A stretch of 64,000 nucleotides of DNA, taken from an uncultured delta proteobacterium. GTDB lineage: Bacteria > Myxococcota > Myxococcia > Myxococcales > Myxococcaceae. Each line of letters opens with the position of its first letter. Position 1 is the stretch's first letter. This document shows, one piece after another, positions 29,102-38,478 of this stretch. The position numbers were made by a program, and so were the translations under genes. The notes under the pieces were generated by a model. It saw only the letters and a list, made by a program, of their open reading frames with translations. It did not search any database and was not told where the DNA came from. The DNA lies in the NCBI GenBank assembly GCA_963771175.1, contig CAVYSY010000025.1, positions 32,001-96,000 of the forward strand, written 5' to 3'.

Positions 29102-29623
29102 CTACCGGCCGCGCGCAGGCAGCACCGTGGCCTCGCGCACCGGCGCCGAACCCGACTCCAGCGCCTCAATGCGCTTGCGCTGGCGGTGACGCAGGATCTT
29201 CTCGTAGGCCACGTTCAGCTCGCGCATCTTCGCCTCCGAGCCACCCCGGTCCGGGTGCCGCTCCAGCGCCAGCTCGCGAAAGCGCGCGCGGATGACCTCC
29301 GGCGGATCCATCGGCGACACGCCCATGATCCGGTACGGATCCTGGTCGTCGAGCGCCGCCAGCCACTGGTCCAGCCGGTCCTTCACCGCGATGAAGCGCT
29401 CGTCCGCCTCCGTCTTCTCCTTCACCGGGTGCGTGCGCATCTTCGCGTCCGCGCGGAGGACGTCCGAGTAGGTGCTCGACACCCAGCGGTGGCACGAGCC
29501 GCAGCGGAAGTACTTCACCCGGGGGCCCGAATGGCCGGTCATCCGCACCCCACAGTGGGTGCACTCGACCTCGACGTTCTCCAGGGTCCGCCAGTTCCAG
29601 CTCGTCGCAACCGCCGCGCTCAT
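29102..29623 (-). CDS. Zn-ribbon plus DnaJ J-domain protein
   Basis: CTHC..CGSC; DPYRIMGV..HPDRGG..LNVAYE. Confidence 0.9.
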   Translation of the reverse strand: MSAAVATSWNWRTLENVEVECTHCGVRMTGHSGPRVKYFRCGSCHRWVSSTYSDVLRADAKMRTHPVKEKTEADERFIAVKDRLDQWLAALDDQDPYRIMGVSPMDPPEVIRARFRELALERHPDRGGSEAKMRELNVAYEKILRHRQRKRIEALESGSAPVREATVLPARGR

Positions 29624-29780
29624 GGGTGTGAGACCTCTTCGCTCGTGCGCTACAGCTCTGTAGCTGGCGTCAAGGTCCCACGATCCGATCCTACGTCAAG
29701 AAAATTGGCAATCGGACGGTACTCGCTCCCCCAGCCACACGGCCCGTCCGAACGACCGGGTTTCACGGTAAACCGTGTGG

Positions 29781-30616
29781 ATGCTCGAACAGACGATCGC
29801 CTTCCTCGGCGCCGGCAACATGGCCGAGGCGCATCATCAAGGGCCTGCTGCGCGCCGGCACCGCCAGGCCCGAATCCATCATCGCCACCGGCCGCCGCGC
29901 GGAGCGGCTGGACGCAGCTCCACGCCGACCTACGGGGTGCGCACCACCCTGGACAACCTGGCCGCCGTGCGCGAGGCGGACGTCGTGGTGCTCTCGCGTG
30001 AAGCCGCAGGCCCTGGACAAGCTGCTCGTCCAGGTGGCACCGGCGATCGACCCGCACAAGCTCGTCATCTCCGTGGCCGCCGGCGTGCCCATCGCGGCCA
30101 TGGAGCGGCGGCTCGGCGCCGGGGCGCGCATCGTCCGCACCATGCCCAACACCCCCTCCCTGGTGGGCGCGGGCGCCTGCGCGCTGGCTCGGCGGCGAGC
30201 ACGCCACCGACGAGGACCTGACGCGTCGCCACCGCGCATCTTCGAGTCGGTGGGCATCACCACCGTGGTGGACGAGAACCTCCTCGACGCGGTCACCGGC
30301 CTGTCCGGCAGCGGCCCGGCCTACATCTTCCTCATCATCGAGGCCCTCTCCGACGCGGGGGTGAAGGTGGGCCTGCCCCGCTACACCGCCCTCAAGCTCG
30401 CCGCCCAGACGGTGCTGGGCAGCGCCAAGCTGCTCATCGAGACCGGCGCCCACCCCGGCCAGCTCAAGGACCAGGTGACCAGCCCCGGGCGGCACCGCCA
30501 TCGCCGGCCTGCACACCCTGGAGGCAGGCGGGCTGCGCACCACCCTCATCAACGCGGTGGAGGCCGCCACCCGCCGCGCCAAGGAGCTGGGCGAGCAGTT
30601 CCTGGAGAAGTCCTGA
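29781..30616 (+). CDS. proC: Pyrroline-5-carboxylate reductase (frameshifted)
   Basis: [40 protein letters not shown]. Confidence 0.9.
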
Positions 30617-30642
30617 GGGCTGGCCTATACTGGGGGGCCGCC

Positions 30643-31173
30643 ATGAAGATCACCCCTCTCGACATCCGGCAGAAGCGCTTCGAGACGGCCCTCCGCGGCT
30701 TCTCGAAGCGCGAGGTCGAGGCCTTCCTCGAGCTCATCGCCGGCGAGTTCGAGGAGGTGGTGAAGGAGAACATCGCGCTCAAGGAGGAGCTCAAGCGCAC
30801 CCAGCTGCGGCTCGAGCAGCACCTCGAGCGCGAGCGCACCCTGCAGGAGACGATGGTCACCGCCCAGCGCATCAGCGAGGACCTGAAGGCCGCCGCCAAG
30901 AAGGAGGCGGAGATCATCCTCGCGGACGCCGAGCACCAGGCGGAGAAGATCGTCCACGGCGCCCACCAGCGGCTGGTGCAGGTGGTGGAGGACATCAACG
31001 AGCTCAAGCGCCAGCGCGTGCAGTTCGAGTCCCAGGTGCAGCTCCGTGGTCGACGCGCACCAGAAGCTGCTGGAGACGTTCAGCGGCCGCACCTTCGCCG
31101 ACAAGGACTACGCGCGCGTCGAGGACAACGTGGCCTTCCTCACCCAGAAGAAGGCCGCAGCAACGGCGAGTAG
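30643..31173 (+). CDS. DivIVA-domain protein
   Basis: MKITPLDIRQKRFETALRGFSKREVEAFL followed by a coiled coil. Confidence 0.9.
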   Translation: MKITPLDIRQKRFETALRGFSKREVEAFLELIAGEFEEVVKENIALKEELKRTQLRLEQHLERERTLQETMVTAQRISEDLKAAAKKEAEIILADAEHQAEKIVHGAHQRLVQVVEDINELKRQRVQFESQVQLRGRRAPEAAGDVQRPHLRRQGLRARRGQRGLPHPEEGRSNGE

Positions 31174-31176
31174 CCC

Positions 31177-31478
31177 GTGGCCGCCTCCTGGCTCAAGGAA
31201 GTCCCCGGCGGGGTCGAGCTGGCCGTGCTGGTGCAGCCCCGCGCCTCGCGCACCCGGGTGGTGGGCGAGCACGACGGGCTGCTGAAGATCCAGCTCGCCG
31301 CCCCGCCGGTGGACGGCGAGGCCAACGCCGCGCTGGTCGAGTTCCTCGCCAAGCGACTGGGCGTCCCCCGGCGGCAGGTGACCCTGGTCGGCCGGTGACA
31401 CCTCGCGTCGCAAGCGGGTGCGAGTCGAGGGGCTTGACGCGCGCGGAGGCCGAGGCTGTTATGTCTGCGGGCACGTGA
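31177..31478 (+). CDS. DUF167/YggU family protein (frameshift near 3' end)
   Basis: [22 protein letters not shown]. Confidence 0.85.
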
Positions 31479-31485
31479 GGCTCCC

Positions 31486-32671
31486 ATGCGCCACCTGCTG
31501 CTGCTCCTGACGTTGCTGCTGTCGCCCATCGCGGGCAGCCCAGGAGGGCTACGTCGGCCCCGCCCCGGTGGCCGGCCATGCCAACGGAGGCGCGGAGCCC
31601 GCGCTGGTGCCCCTCCCCCGGCCCGCGCTGGTGGCCGGCGAGCTGTCCACGCCGCGCTTCCGCATCCTCTACACCGCCAAGCGCCGAGGGCTGCCGCGCG
31701 CCAGCTCGCCGGCGCCATCGAGTCCGTGCGCGACAGCTTCGTGGGCGTGCTGGGGCGGGACTGGCCGGGCGTGACGGAGCTGCGCGTGGGCGTGGGCCGC
31801 GAGGAGTTCGAGGCCCTGGCGCTCCCCGGCGGCGCGCCCCCGGGCTGGGCGGTGGCGCTCGCCTACCCCATGCACCGGATCGTCCTGCTCAACGCGCTGA
31901 CGCTCTCGCGGCCCCGAGGGCCTGGCCACGCTGCGCCACGAGCTGGCGCACGTGGCGCTGGGGCAGCTCGGCGAGGAGCTGGCCGCGCTGGTTCCAGGAG
32001 GGTCTCGCGCAGAACCTGACCGGCGAGCAGCTTCTCGATGACGCACTACGCGGCCCTCTTCCGCGCGGTGACGCAGGAGAAGGTCTTCCACTTCGAGCGA
32101 CCTGTACGATGCACTGGCCGGACCTCCCGTCGGACGTGGAGATCGCCTACGCGCAGAGCGCGGCCTTCGTGGCGTGGCTGTCGGCGCAGCACGGGCCGGA
32201 GGGCATGGGCCGGCTGGTGGACGCGGTGGGCGCGGGCCAGCCCTTCGAGCACGGCCTTCGGCAAGGCCTTCCAGATCCTCGCTGTGGGTGGAGGAGCTGG
32301 CGTGGCGCGAGGGGCTGGCGGCGCGCTACGGCTGGCTGCCGCTGACGACGAGCACCTCGCTGCTGTGGCTCGGGGCGACGGGGCTGGTGGTGGCGGCGTA
32401 CGTGCGGCGGCGGCAGCAGAAGGCCGTGAAGCTGGCGGAGATGGAGGAGCAGGAGGCCGCCGAGGAGGCAGCGATGCGCGCGGCCTTCGAGGCGGAGATG
32501 GCCCAGCAGCAGCAGGAGCTGGCCGTCTCGCCCGTGCCGCAACCGGTGGACGCATCGGACGTGACGGACACGGCCTCCGCCGAATGGCCCGAGGGGCCCG
32601 CCGCCCGAGGCGCGGAGTTCGAGGAGGATGAGGAAACACCGCCTCGTCCGACCAAGCCGACCCTGCACTGA
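31486..32671 (+). CDS. Peptidase MA-like zincin with C-terminal TM helix (multiple frameshifts)
   Basis: LRHELAH, WPRWFQEGLA, AYAQS motifs found across frames. Confidence 0.75.
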
Positions 32672-32894
32672 GCAGGCGAGCCGCGGCCCGGTGGGAAAAG
32701 ACGTTCCCACCCACGCGACCGCGGCACCCACTCGGGGCCAATCCGTCACCCTCCACGAAAAATCTACAGTCCGATGGAGGGCTCTCCGCACCGGGGAGCC
32801 GAGCCAAACGACTGATTTCACTGTCCACTCACCGTGCTCGGGCGCTGGCACACTGGCTTGCTTAAGACGGCGCCACGAGAACGGAGGACGGTGA

Positions 32895-33416
32895 ATGGCG
32901 GAGAGAGCACGGCGGGCAGCGGGAGTGGCGAGGGTGTTCGAGGGGCAGCCCGAGCGGCTCGCGGCGGCATGGCGGCGGGTGCGCTACGCCGAGTCGAAGA
33001 AGAACGGAGCCCCGCCGCGCAACCAGTTGGACGGCGTGGTGGAGCCCTTCATCCGCGAGGTGGGTCGCAACCTCGAGGGCAAGGAGGGCAGCCCGTGGAG
33101 TCGGACGCGAGCCGTGCTGAGGCTGGTGCCGACGCGCGGAGTGCGCGCACTGCACGAGGAGTTCGCCTCGCTGCGCCGCTGCCTGGTGGATGCCGTGGAG
33201 GCGCTCGGCGGGGGTGACGCGGAGCGGGCGGTGGTGAACCGCGCGGTGGACGAGGCGGTGGACTCGGCGGTGGCGCTGCTGGAGCGCCTGGCCAACCCGC
33301 TCGCGCCCAGGCCGCGAGTGCCCTTCGCGGGCGTGGTGGTTCAACTTTTCGAGCGCGCATCGGGGTCGGCGCGGGTGAGGCCCACGACGGACGACGGCCG
33401 CGTGGCGGTGCATTGA
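32895..33416 (+). CDS. Myxobacterial hypothetical protein
   Basis: 173-aa ORF with GGAGG RBS. Confidence 0.7.
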   Translation: MAERARRAAGVARVFEGQPERLAAAWRRVRYAESKKNGAPPRNQLDGVVEPFIREVGRNLEGKEGSPWSRTRAVLRLVPTRGVRALHEEFASLRRCLVDAVEALGGGDAERAVVNRAVDEAVDSAVALLERLANPLAPRPRVPFAGVVVQLFERASGSARVRPTTDDGRVAVH

Positions 33417-33425
33417 GTTGAGGGG

Positions 33426-33638
33426 GGTGCCGACCCGTCCGGCTTGATGCCTCCAGTCACTGGGAGGCGTCCGAGGGCCCGGCGGTTGAAGGGGGCGCGC
33501 TGACGGGATGGGGGTCCCGAGGCGCGAAAAGGGGCGTGCTCCCGCCCGGGGGGACGGTGAGCGCGCAGGAGTGGCCGCAGGAAGCCGCGTGGTCGGGGGG
33601 CCACGTGCCTTGACGGCTGGACGGGTCGGCGTTGTTTT
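33426..33638 (+). ncRNA. Candidate structured RNA or MITE-like element
   Basis: 15-bp closing stem 33429-33443/33616-33630 (one G-U pair), nested internal stems, U-rich 3' tail. Confidence 0.4.
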
Positions 33639-33655
33639 CCGGGGGCGGATGCGTA

Positions 33656-33682
33656 CGTCAGTGCGCGTCCGCCCACGTCTTT
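33656..33682. repeat. 27-bp direct repeat of the polA 3' end (copy 1)
   Basis: CGTCAGTGCGCGTCCGCCCACGTCTTT, identical to 35673..35699. Confidence 0.95.
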
Positions 33683-33697
33683 TCAGGCTTCCGCGCT

Positions 33698-34276
33698 TCA
33701 GGCCTCCCTGAACCTGGTGCCGGTAATCCCCGCGCTCTCCATGGCCCGTTTGACGCGCTCAGTGACGATGATGGCACCCGTCCACCCCCAAGGACGGCAG
33801 ATGCTGACGTCTCCCATGCTGGCCGGATCCACCTTCAATCCCCTGACATTCTGATACTTGCCGACCAGTTCCGGCTCCCCGTCCTCGGGCGTCCAGTGCA
33901 GCGCCGTTTCACACCGGGCGTCGTCGATGCACCGGATGATGTGCAAGGTGTTGAGGATGAAGTAGGGCTCCGTACGCCCTTCCACCTGAGCGGGAATGAA
34001 TTGGACCTCTTTTCCAAGCTCTAGCTGCTCGAAGAGAGAGACGACGCGCTCGGTCACCACGGGAGTGGCAAGCTCGGTCAGACTGAAATCCAGCGGGATG
34101 CCAGGATGGGCGATACCGAGGACAGGTCTTCCTTCCAGATGGAGAATCTTCCCTTTGTCGAACATCCAGGGGTCCAATCTTCTCCCATGCTCATCGACAT
34201 CCTTTTGATGCAACACCCAGCGACCCGGCACATCCATCTCGTCCCACAACTCGAAATAACGGAAAGGAGAGCTCAT
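33698..34276 (-). CDS. Imm11/DUF1629-like immunity protein (SitI-like)
   Basis: RYFELWDEMDVPGRWVL..EVQFIPAQVEG..YFILN..CIDD..RPWGWTGAIIVTERVK; directly downstream of the AHH toxin. Confidence 0.8.
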   Translation of the reverse strand: MSSPFRYFELWDEMDVPGRWVLHQKDVDEHGRRLDPWMFDKGKILHLEGRPVLGIAHPGIPLDFSLTELATPVVTERVVSLFEQLELGKEVQFIPAQVEGRTEPYFILNTLHIIRCIDDARCETALHWTPEDGEPELVGKYQNVRGLKVDPASMGDVSICRPWGWTGAIIVTERVKRAMESAGITGTRFREA

Positions 34277-35656
34277 GGCCTCTCGTGGCAAGTTTGTTGA
34301 GCTTCGAGCCGGACGTGCATACGTCACCAGCAATCCTGTCAAGAGCGTTGATCAGCCTTCTCCTACAGTCGAACTGGGCCTTGCAGTCCCCAAGTTCGGC
34401 TCGGAGGCGACTGAACACCTCTTCATGGTACTCCTTGGGATGTGGACCTACGTGACCTATGAGATAGATGATGTTCGCTGGATCATCGAGGCTCATGCCC
34501 GCTCGGGCGAAGAGAGTCTCGAAACGTGGGGTCCAAGGGCCACCGCTGGCATCTGATGTGTCGTTCTTGTTCGTGGCGAGATGATGACCCTTGGCATCCC
34601 CCTTGTCCGAGGCATCTCGGCACGCCCCCGTCGTCCGGGCGGAAGTGATTGCCGAGGCGACTGCGGAGACCGTCGCGTTCGCTGACACGCCCATGAGCAA
34701 CACCGTGCCATCCGCCACGTTGACGTGAGCACGTGCTCCAGCCCCGACCGTGAATCCTCCCCCAGCGCCGCCTCCGCCACCGAACGCGAAGCGCGGGGGC
34801 GAGAGGCGCGCCCACAGCCCTCCTTTGGGCACTTCCGGCAACCCCTTGGCCAGCTTCGCCCCCGCCACCGTCACCAGCACCCGCAGCCCCACTCCTCCCA
34901 TTGCCTTGCCCGAAGCGCTCGGCCACCGCCTCCAACTGCTCCTGTGTCCTCGCAGCCTCCGCCTCCCGGTACAGGTTCAGGCAGGCCAGCCCAACGTTGT
35001 AGAGTTCCGTCGCGGTGTAGGTCAGCAGACAGCCCCAGCGTCACTGCCGCGGCGAACGCCTTGGAGAACAGCGGCTCGGGCATAGCCCACGCCGCCATGT
35101 ACAGCATCATGGACAGGGCTATGGAATACGCGACCGTGGGAGAGCCTAGCAATTCCAAGGCTGCCTCGCGCACGCCCTCGTCCATGTAGCGTGGCGAGAG
35201 TTTGAGGGCCAGGAACCACCGGCTGTTCTCCAGGGAGGAAGGCAGCGGTATGGATGAAGGACCGTAGACTTCTACGTATCCCGCGTGGACACGCCTCTCC
35301 AGGTCCGAAGGCTGGGTGCTCGTTTGTGGCCCGCAGGCAATGCCTGTCGCGACCACACAGGCCGTCAGTCGCCTGGAGGGGCTCGACTCCGATAGCAGCC
35401 CAGGCGCCTGGAATACCAGCTCCATGGCCTTCACGAACACTCGCGCTTCCTCCACGGAGAACCGTGCCAGGGCCAGGTCCGGCCGGAGAGGTTTGAAGGT
35501 GAGCTTGAGCCCGTCACCGTGTGTGGAGCTGAAATGCTCGCGCACCGTCACGGGCTCCAACACCGAGAGGTGCCCTTCGACCGCGGGCGGAGTCGCTCGG
35601 GCTGGGAGCGGCACCAACAGCAGCAGGCAAAGGGCAAGGACAACGTGCGGAGACAT
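34191..35656 (-). CDS. Polymorphic toxin with C-terminal AHH nuclease (myxobacterial SitA-like); frameshift near 35030
   Basis: Signal peptide, hydrophobic AAWAMPEPLFSKAFAAAVT region, KGHHLATNKN..GPWTPRF..LDDPAN..GHVGPHPKEYH. Confidence 0.85.
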
Positions 35657-35672
35657 CAGTCCTCCCTGAATG

Positions 35673-35699
35673 CGTCAGTGCGCGTCCGCCCACGTCTTT
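35673..35699. repeat. 27-bp direct repeat (copy 2) covering the last polA codons and stop
   Basis: Encodes KTWADAH* on the minus strand. Confidence 0.95.
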
Positions 35700-38386
35700 C
35701 CCGCCCCCACTTCCACCTTGAGGGGCACCTTGAGCTGCATCACCGCGGACATGCACCGCCGCGACAGCTCCTTGACGGTGTCCACCTCGGCGTCCGGCGA
35801 CTCGAAGAGGAGCTCGTCGTGCACCTGCAGCAGCATCCGCGTGCGCAGGCGCTGCTTCTCCAGCTCCGCCTGCACCGCCAGCATGGCCTTCTTGATGAGG
35901 TCCGCCGCCGTGCCCTGGATGGGCATGTTGATGGCGGCGCGCTCGGCGGCCTGCACCACCTGGCGGTTCTTCGCGTTCAGGTCCGCCATGGGCCGGCGCC
36001 GCCCGAAGAGCGTCTCCACGTAGCCCTTCGTGCGCGCCTCCTTCACCGTCTCGTCGAGGTAGCGCTTGATGCCCGCGTAGCGCGTGAAATAGCGCTCGAT
36101 GATGTCGCGCGCCTCCTCCTGCGGGATGTTGAGTCGCGTCGACAGCCCGTGCGGGCTCAGCCCGTAGGCGATGCCGAAGTTCACCGTCTTGGCCACCCGG
36201 CGCTGATCTCTCGTCACCTGGTCCGGCGCCACGCCGAAGATCTCCGCCGCCGTGCGGCTGTGGATGTCCTCGTCCTGGGCGAAGGCGTCGATGAGGACCG
36301 GGTCCTCGGCGATGTGCGCCAGCAGCCGCAGCTCGATCTGGCTGTAGTCCGCGGAGACGAGCTGGTGGCCCTCCTCGGCGATGAAGGCCCGGCGGATCTC
36401 CATGCCCAGCTCGGTGCGGATGGGGATGTTCTGCAGGTTCGGGTCCGACGAGGACAGCCGCCCGGTGGCCGTGGCCGCCTGGTGGTAGGTGGTGTGGATG
36501 CGCCCATCCCTCGCCACCAGGTCCGGCAGCGTGTCCAGGTAGGTGCTCTTGAGCTTGGACAGCGAGCGGTACTCGATGATGGCGCGCGGCAGCGGGTGGA
36601 TCTCCGCCAGCTTCTCCAGCACTTCCTGGTCCGTGGAGGGGCCCGTCTTGCCGCGCTTGAGGACCGGCAGCTCCAGCTTCTTGTAGAGCACCTCCGCGAG
36701 CTGCGGGTTGGAGCCCACGTTGAACTCGGTGCCCGCGAGGGTGTGAATCTCCTTCACCTTCAGCTCGCAGTCGGCGCCGACCTTCTCGGAGATCTCCCGG
36801 AGGACCCTCACGTCCAGCTTCACGCCGTACCCTTCCATGCGTGCCAGCAGCGGCACCAGTGGCAGCTCCAGCTCGCGCGCGAGCTGTGCCAGCTTCAGGG
36901 CCTCCAGCTCCTCCCACAGCCCGGGCGCCAGCCGCCGCGCCGCGTCCGCCCGGACCGCGTAGGCCAAGGCCACCTCCTGGGGCGAGAAGTCCTTCAGCGG
37001 TCGTGCCTTGCGTCCGCCGGTGGAGGGCAGCTCGGGCAGGTCCGCCTGGAGCCGCTCGCGGGTGAGGATGTCCAGGCCGTGGTCGCGCCGAGAGGCGTCC
37101 AGCAGGTAGCTGAGCAACTCGACGTCGTCCTCCCCTCCCCTCAGCCGGATGCCCTCGCGATCGAGCAGCAGCGTGAGGCTCTTGAGGTCATGCCCGCCCT
37201 TCTTCACGGACTCGTCCTCCAGCACGCCCCGGAGGGCCTCCTGGAAGTCCGCGGGCCGCACCTGCTCCACGCCCAGCCCCTCGTGGCTCAGCGGCACGTA
37301 GCGCGTGGTGCCGTCCTTCAGCGCCACGCCCAGACCCACCAGCGGCGCGGCGTAGGGCAGGCCCTCGTACGCGGGGATGAGCGTCACCGCCCCCGCCTCG
37401 CGCACCGCCTGGGCCAGCGCCTGGAGCGCCTCCTTCGTGGTGACGATCTCCGTCTCCAGGGTCAGCTTCGTGGGCTCCGTCGAGGGCCCCTTCGCGGACT
37501 CCGCCGTGGCTCCCTTCGCCGGCAGCTCCCGGAGCAGCGCGGAGAACTCCAGCTCGGTGAAGAGCTGACGGAGCTGCTCGTCCTTGAGGGGCTGGCGCTT
37601 CAGGTCCTCGACGGACACGTCCAGCTTCAGGTCCGTGCGGAACGTCACCAGGTCGCGCGCGCGCAGGAGGCTCTCGCGGTGCGACTCGATCGCCTCGCGC
37701 ATCTTCGGCTTCTTCACCTCGGAGACGCGCTCGAGCAGCGCGTCCACGCCGCCGAACTGGTGCAGCAGCTCCACCGCCGTCTTCGGGCCGATGCCCGGCA
37801 CCTTGGGGACGTTGTCCACCGCGTCGCCGATGAGCGACAGGTAGTCGCGCATCTGCGTGGGCTCGATGCCCAGCCGCGCCTTCACCTCGGCGGGGTCCGT
37901 GTAGCGCTCGTTCTGCGGATCGTAGAGGTGGACGTCGTCGTCCACGATCTGCACGAAGTCCTTGTCCCCGGTGACGACGAGGACGCAGAAGCCCTCGGCC
38001 TTGGCGCGCTTCGCGAGCGTGCCGATGACGTCATCCGCCTCCCAGCCGGCCACCTCCAGCACGGGGAGGTTGAGCCCCTCCACCACCCGGCGGATGTAGG
38101 GGAACTGCTGGGCCAGGTCCTCCGGCAGGGCCTCCCGGTTGGCCTTGTAGTTGGGATCGATCTTCTGGCGCTCGACGCGGCTCTCCTTGTCGAAGGCGAG
38201 CGCCACGTGCGTGGGATTCAGCTCCTTGAGCGCCTTGAGGACCTGCCGGGTGAAACCCAGGGTGGCGTTGGTGGGCACGCCCTGGCGGTTCGTGAGGGGA
38301 GGAATCGCGTGATAGGCGCGGAAGATGAAGCTGGAGGCGTCGATCAGGACGAGGCGGGGAGCGCCGCTGGAAGGGCTCGGGACCAT
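35675..38386 (-). CDS. polA: DNA polymerase I
   Basis: 5'-3' exonuclease (LIDASSFIFRAYHA, EADDVIGT); polymerase motifs DYSQIELR, KTVNFGIAYG, LQVHDEL. Confidence 0.99.
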   Translation of the reverse strand: MVPSPSSGAPRLVLIDASSFIFRAYHAIPPLTNRQGVPTNATLGFTRQVLKALKELNPTHVALAFDKESRVERQKIDPNYKANREALPEDLAQQFPYIRRVVEGLNLPVLEVAGWEADDVIGTLAKRAKAEGFCVLVVTGDKDFVQIVDDDVHLYDPQNERYTDPAEVKARLGIEPTQMRDYLSLIGDAVDNVPKVPGIGPKTAVELLHQFGGVDALLERVSEVKKPKMREAIESHRESLLRARDLVTFRTDLKLDVSVEDLKRQPLKDEQLRQLFTELEFSALLRELPAKGATAESAKGPSTEPTKLTLETEIVTTKEALQALAQAVREAGAVTLIPAYEGLPYAAPLVGLGVALKDGTTRYVPLSHEGLGVEQVRPADFQEALRGVLEDESVKKGGHDLKSLTLLLDREGIRLRGGEDDVELLSYLLDASRRDHGLDILTRERLQADLPELPSTGGRKARPLKDFSPQEVALAYAVRADAARRLAPGLWEELEALKLAQLARELELPLVPLLARMEGYGVKLDVRVLREISEKVGADCELKVKEIHTLAGTEFNVGSNPQLAEVLYKKLELPVLKRGKTGPSTDQEVLEKLAEIHPLPRAIIEYRSLSKLKSTYLDTLPDLVARDGRIHTTYHQAATATGRLSSSDPNLQNIPIRTELGMEIRRAFIAEEGHQLVSADYSQIELRLLAHIAEDPVLIDAFAQDEDIHSRTAAEIFGVAPDQVTRDQRRVAKTVNFGIAYGLSPHGLSTRLNIPQEEARDIIERYFTRYAGIKRYLDETVKEARTKGYVETLFGRRRPMADLNAKNRQVVQAAERAAINMPIQGTAADLIKKAMLAVQAELEKQRLRTRMLLQVHDELLFESPDAEVDTVKELSRRCMSAVMQLKVPLKVEVGAGKTWADAH

Positions 38387-38478
38387 AGGCTCCCGGCCTT
38401 AATCGAGCCTACCGCCCGCTGTCCATGCCGAGCCGCGACCCGGGAGCACCCTTCACCGCTCCCGGGGGACTCCGGACG

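Noticed and set aside
32846..32862. TGGCACACTGGCTTGCT as a sigma54 promoter
   Set aside because: GG-to-GC spacing is 11 rather than the required 10. It could be an indel artefact but is unsupported as written.
33426..33638. Retron msr-msd, suggested by the long flanking inverted repeat
   Set aside because: No reverse transcriptase is adjacent, and there is no long msd-type hairpin.
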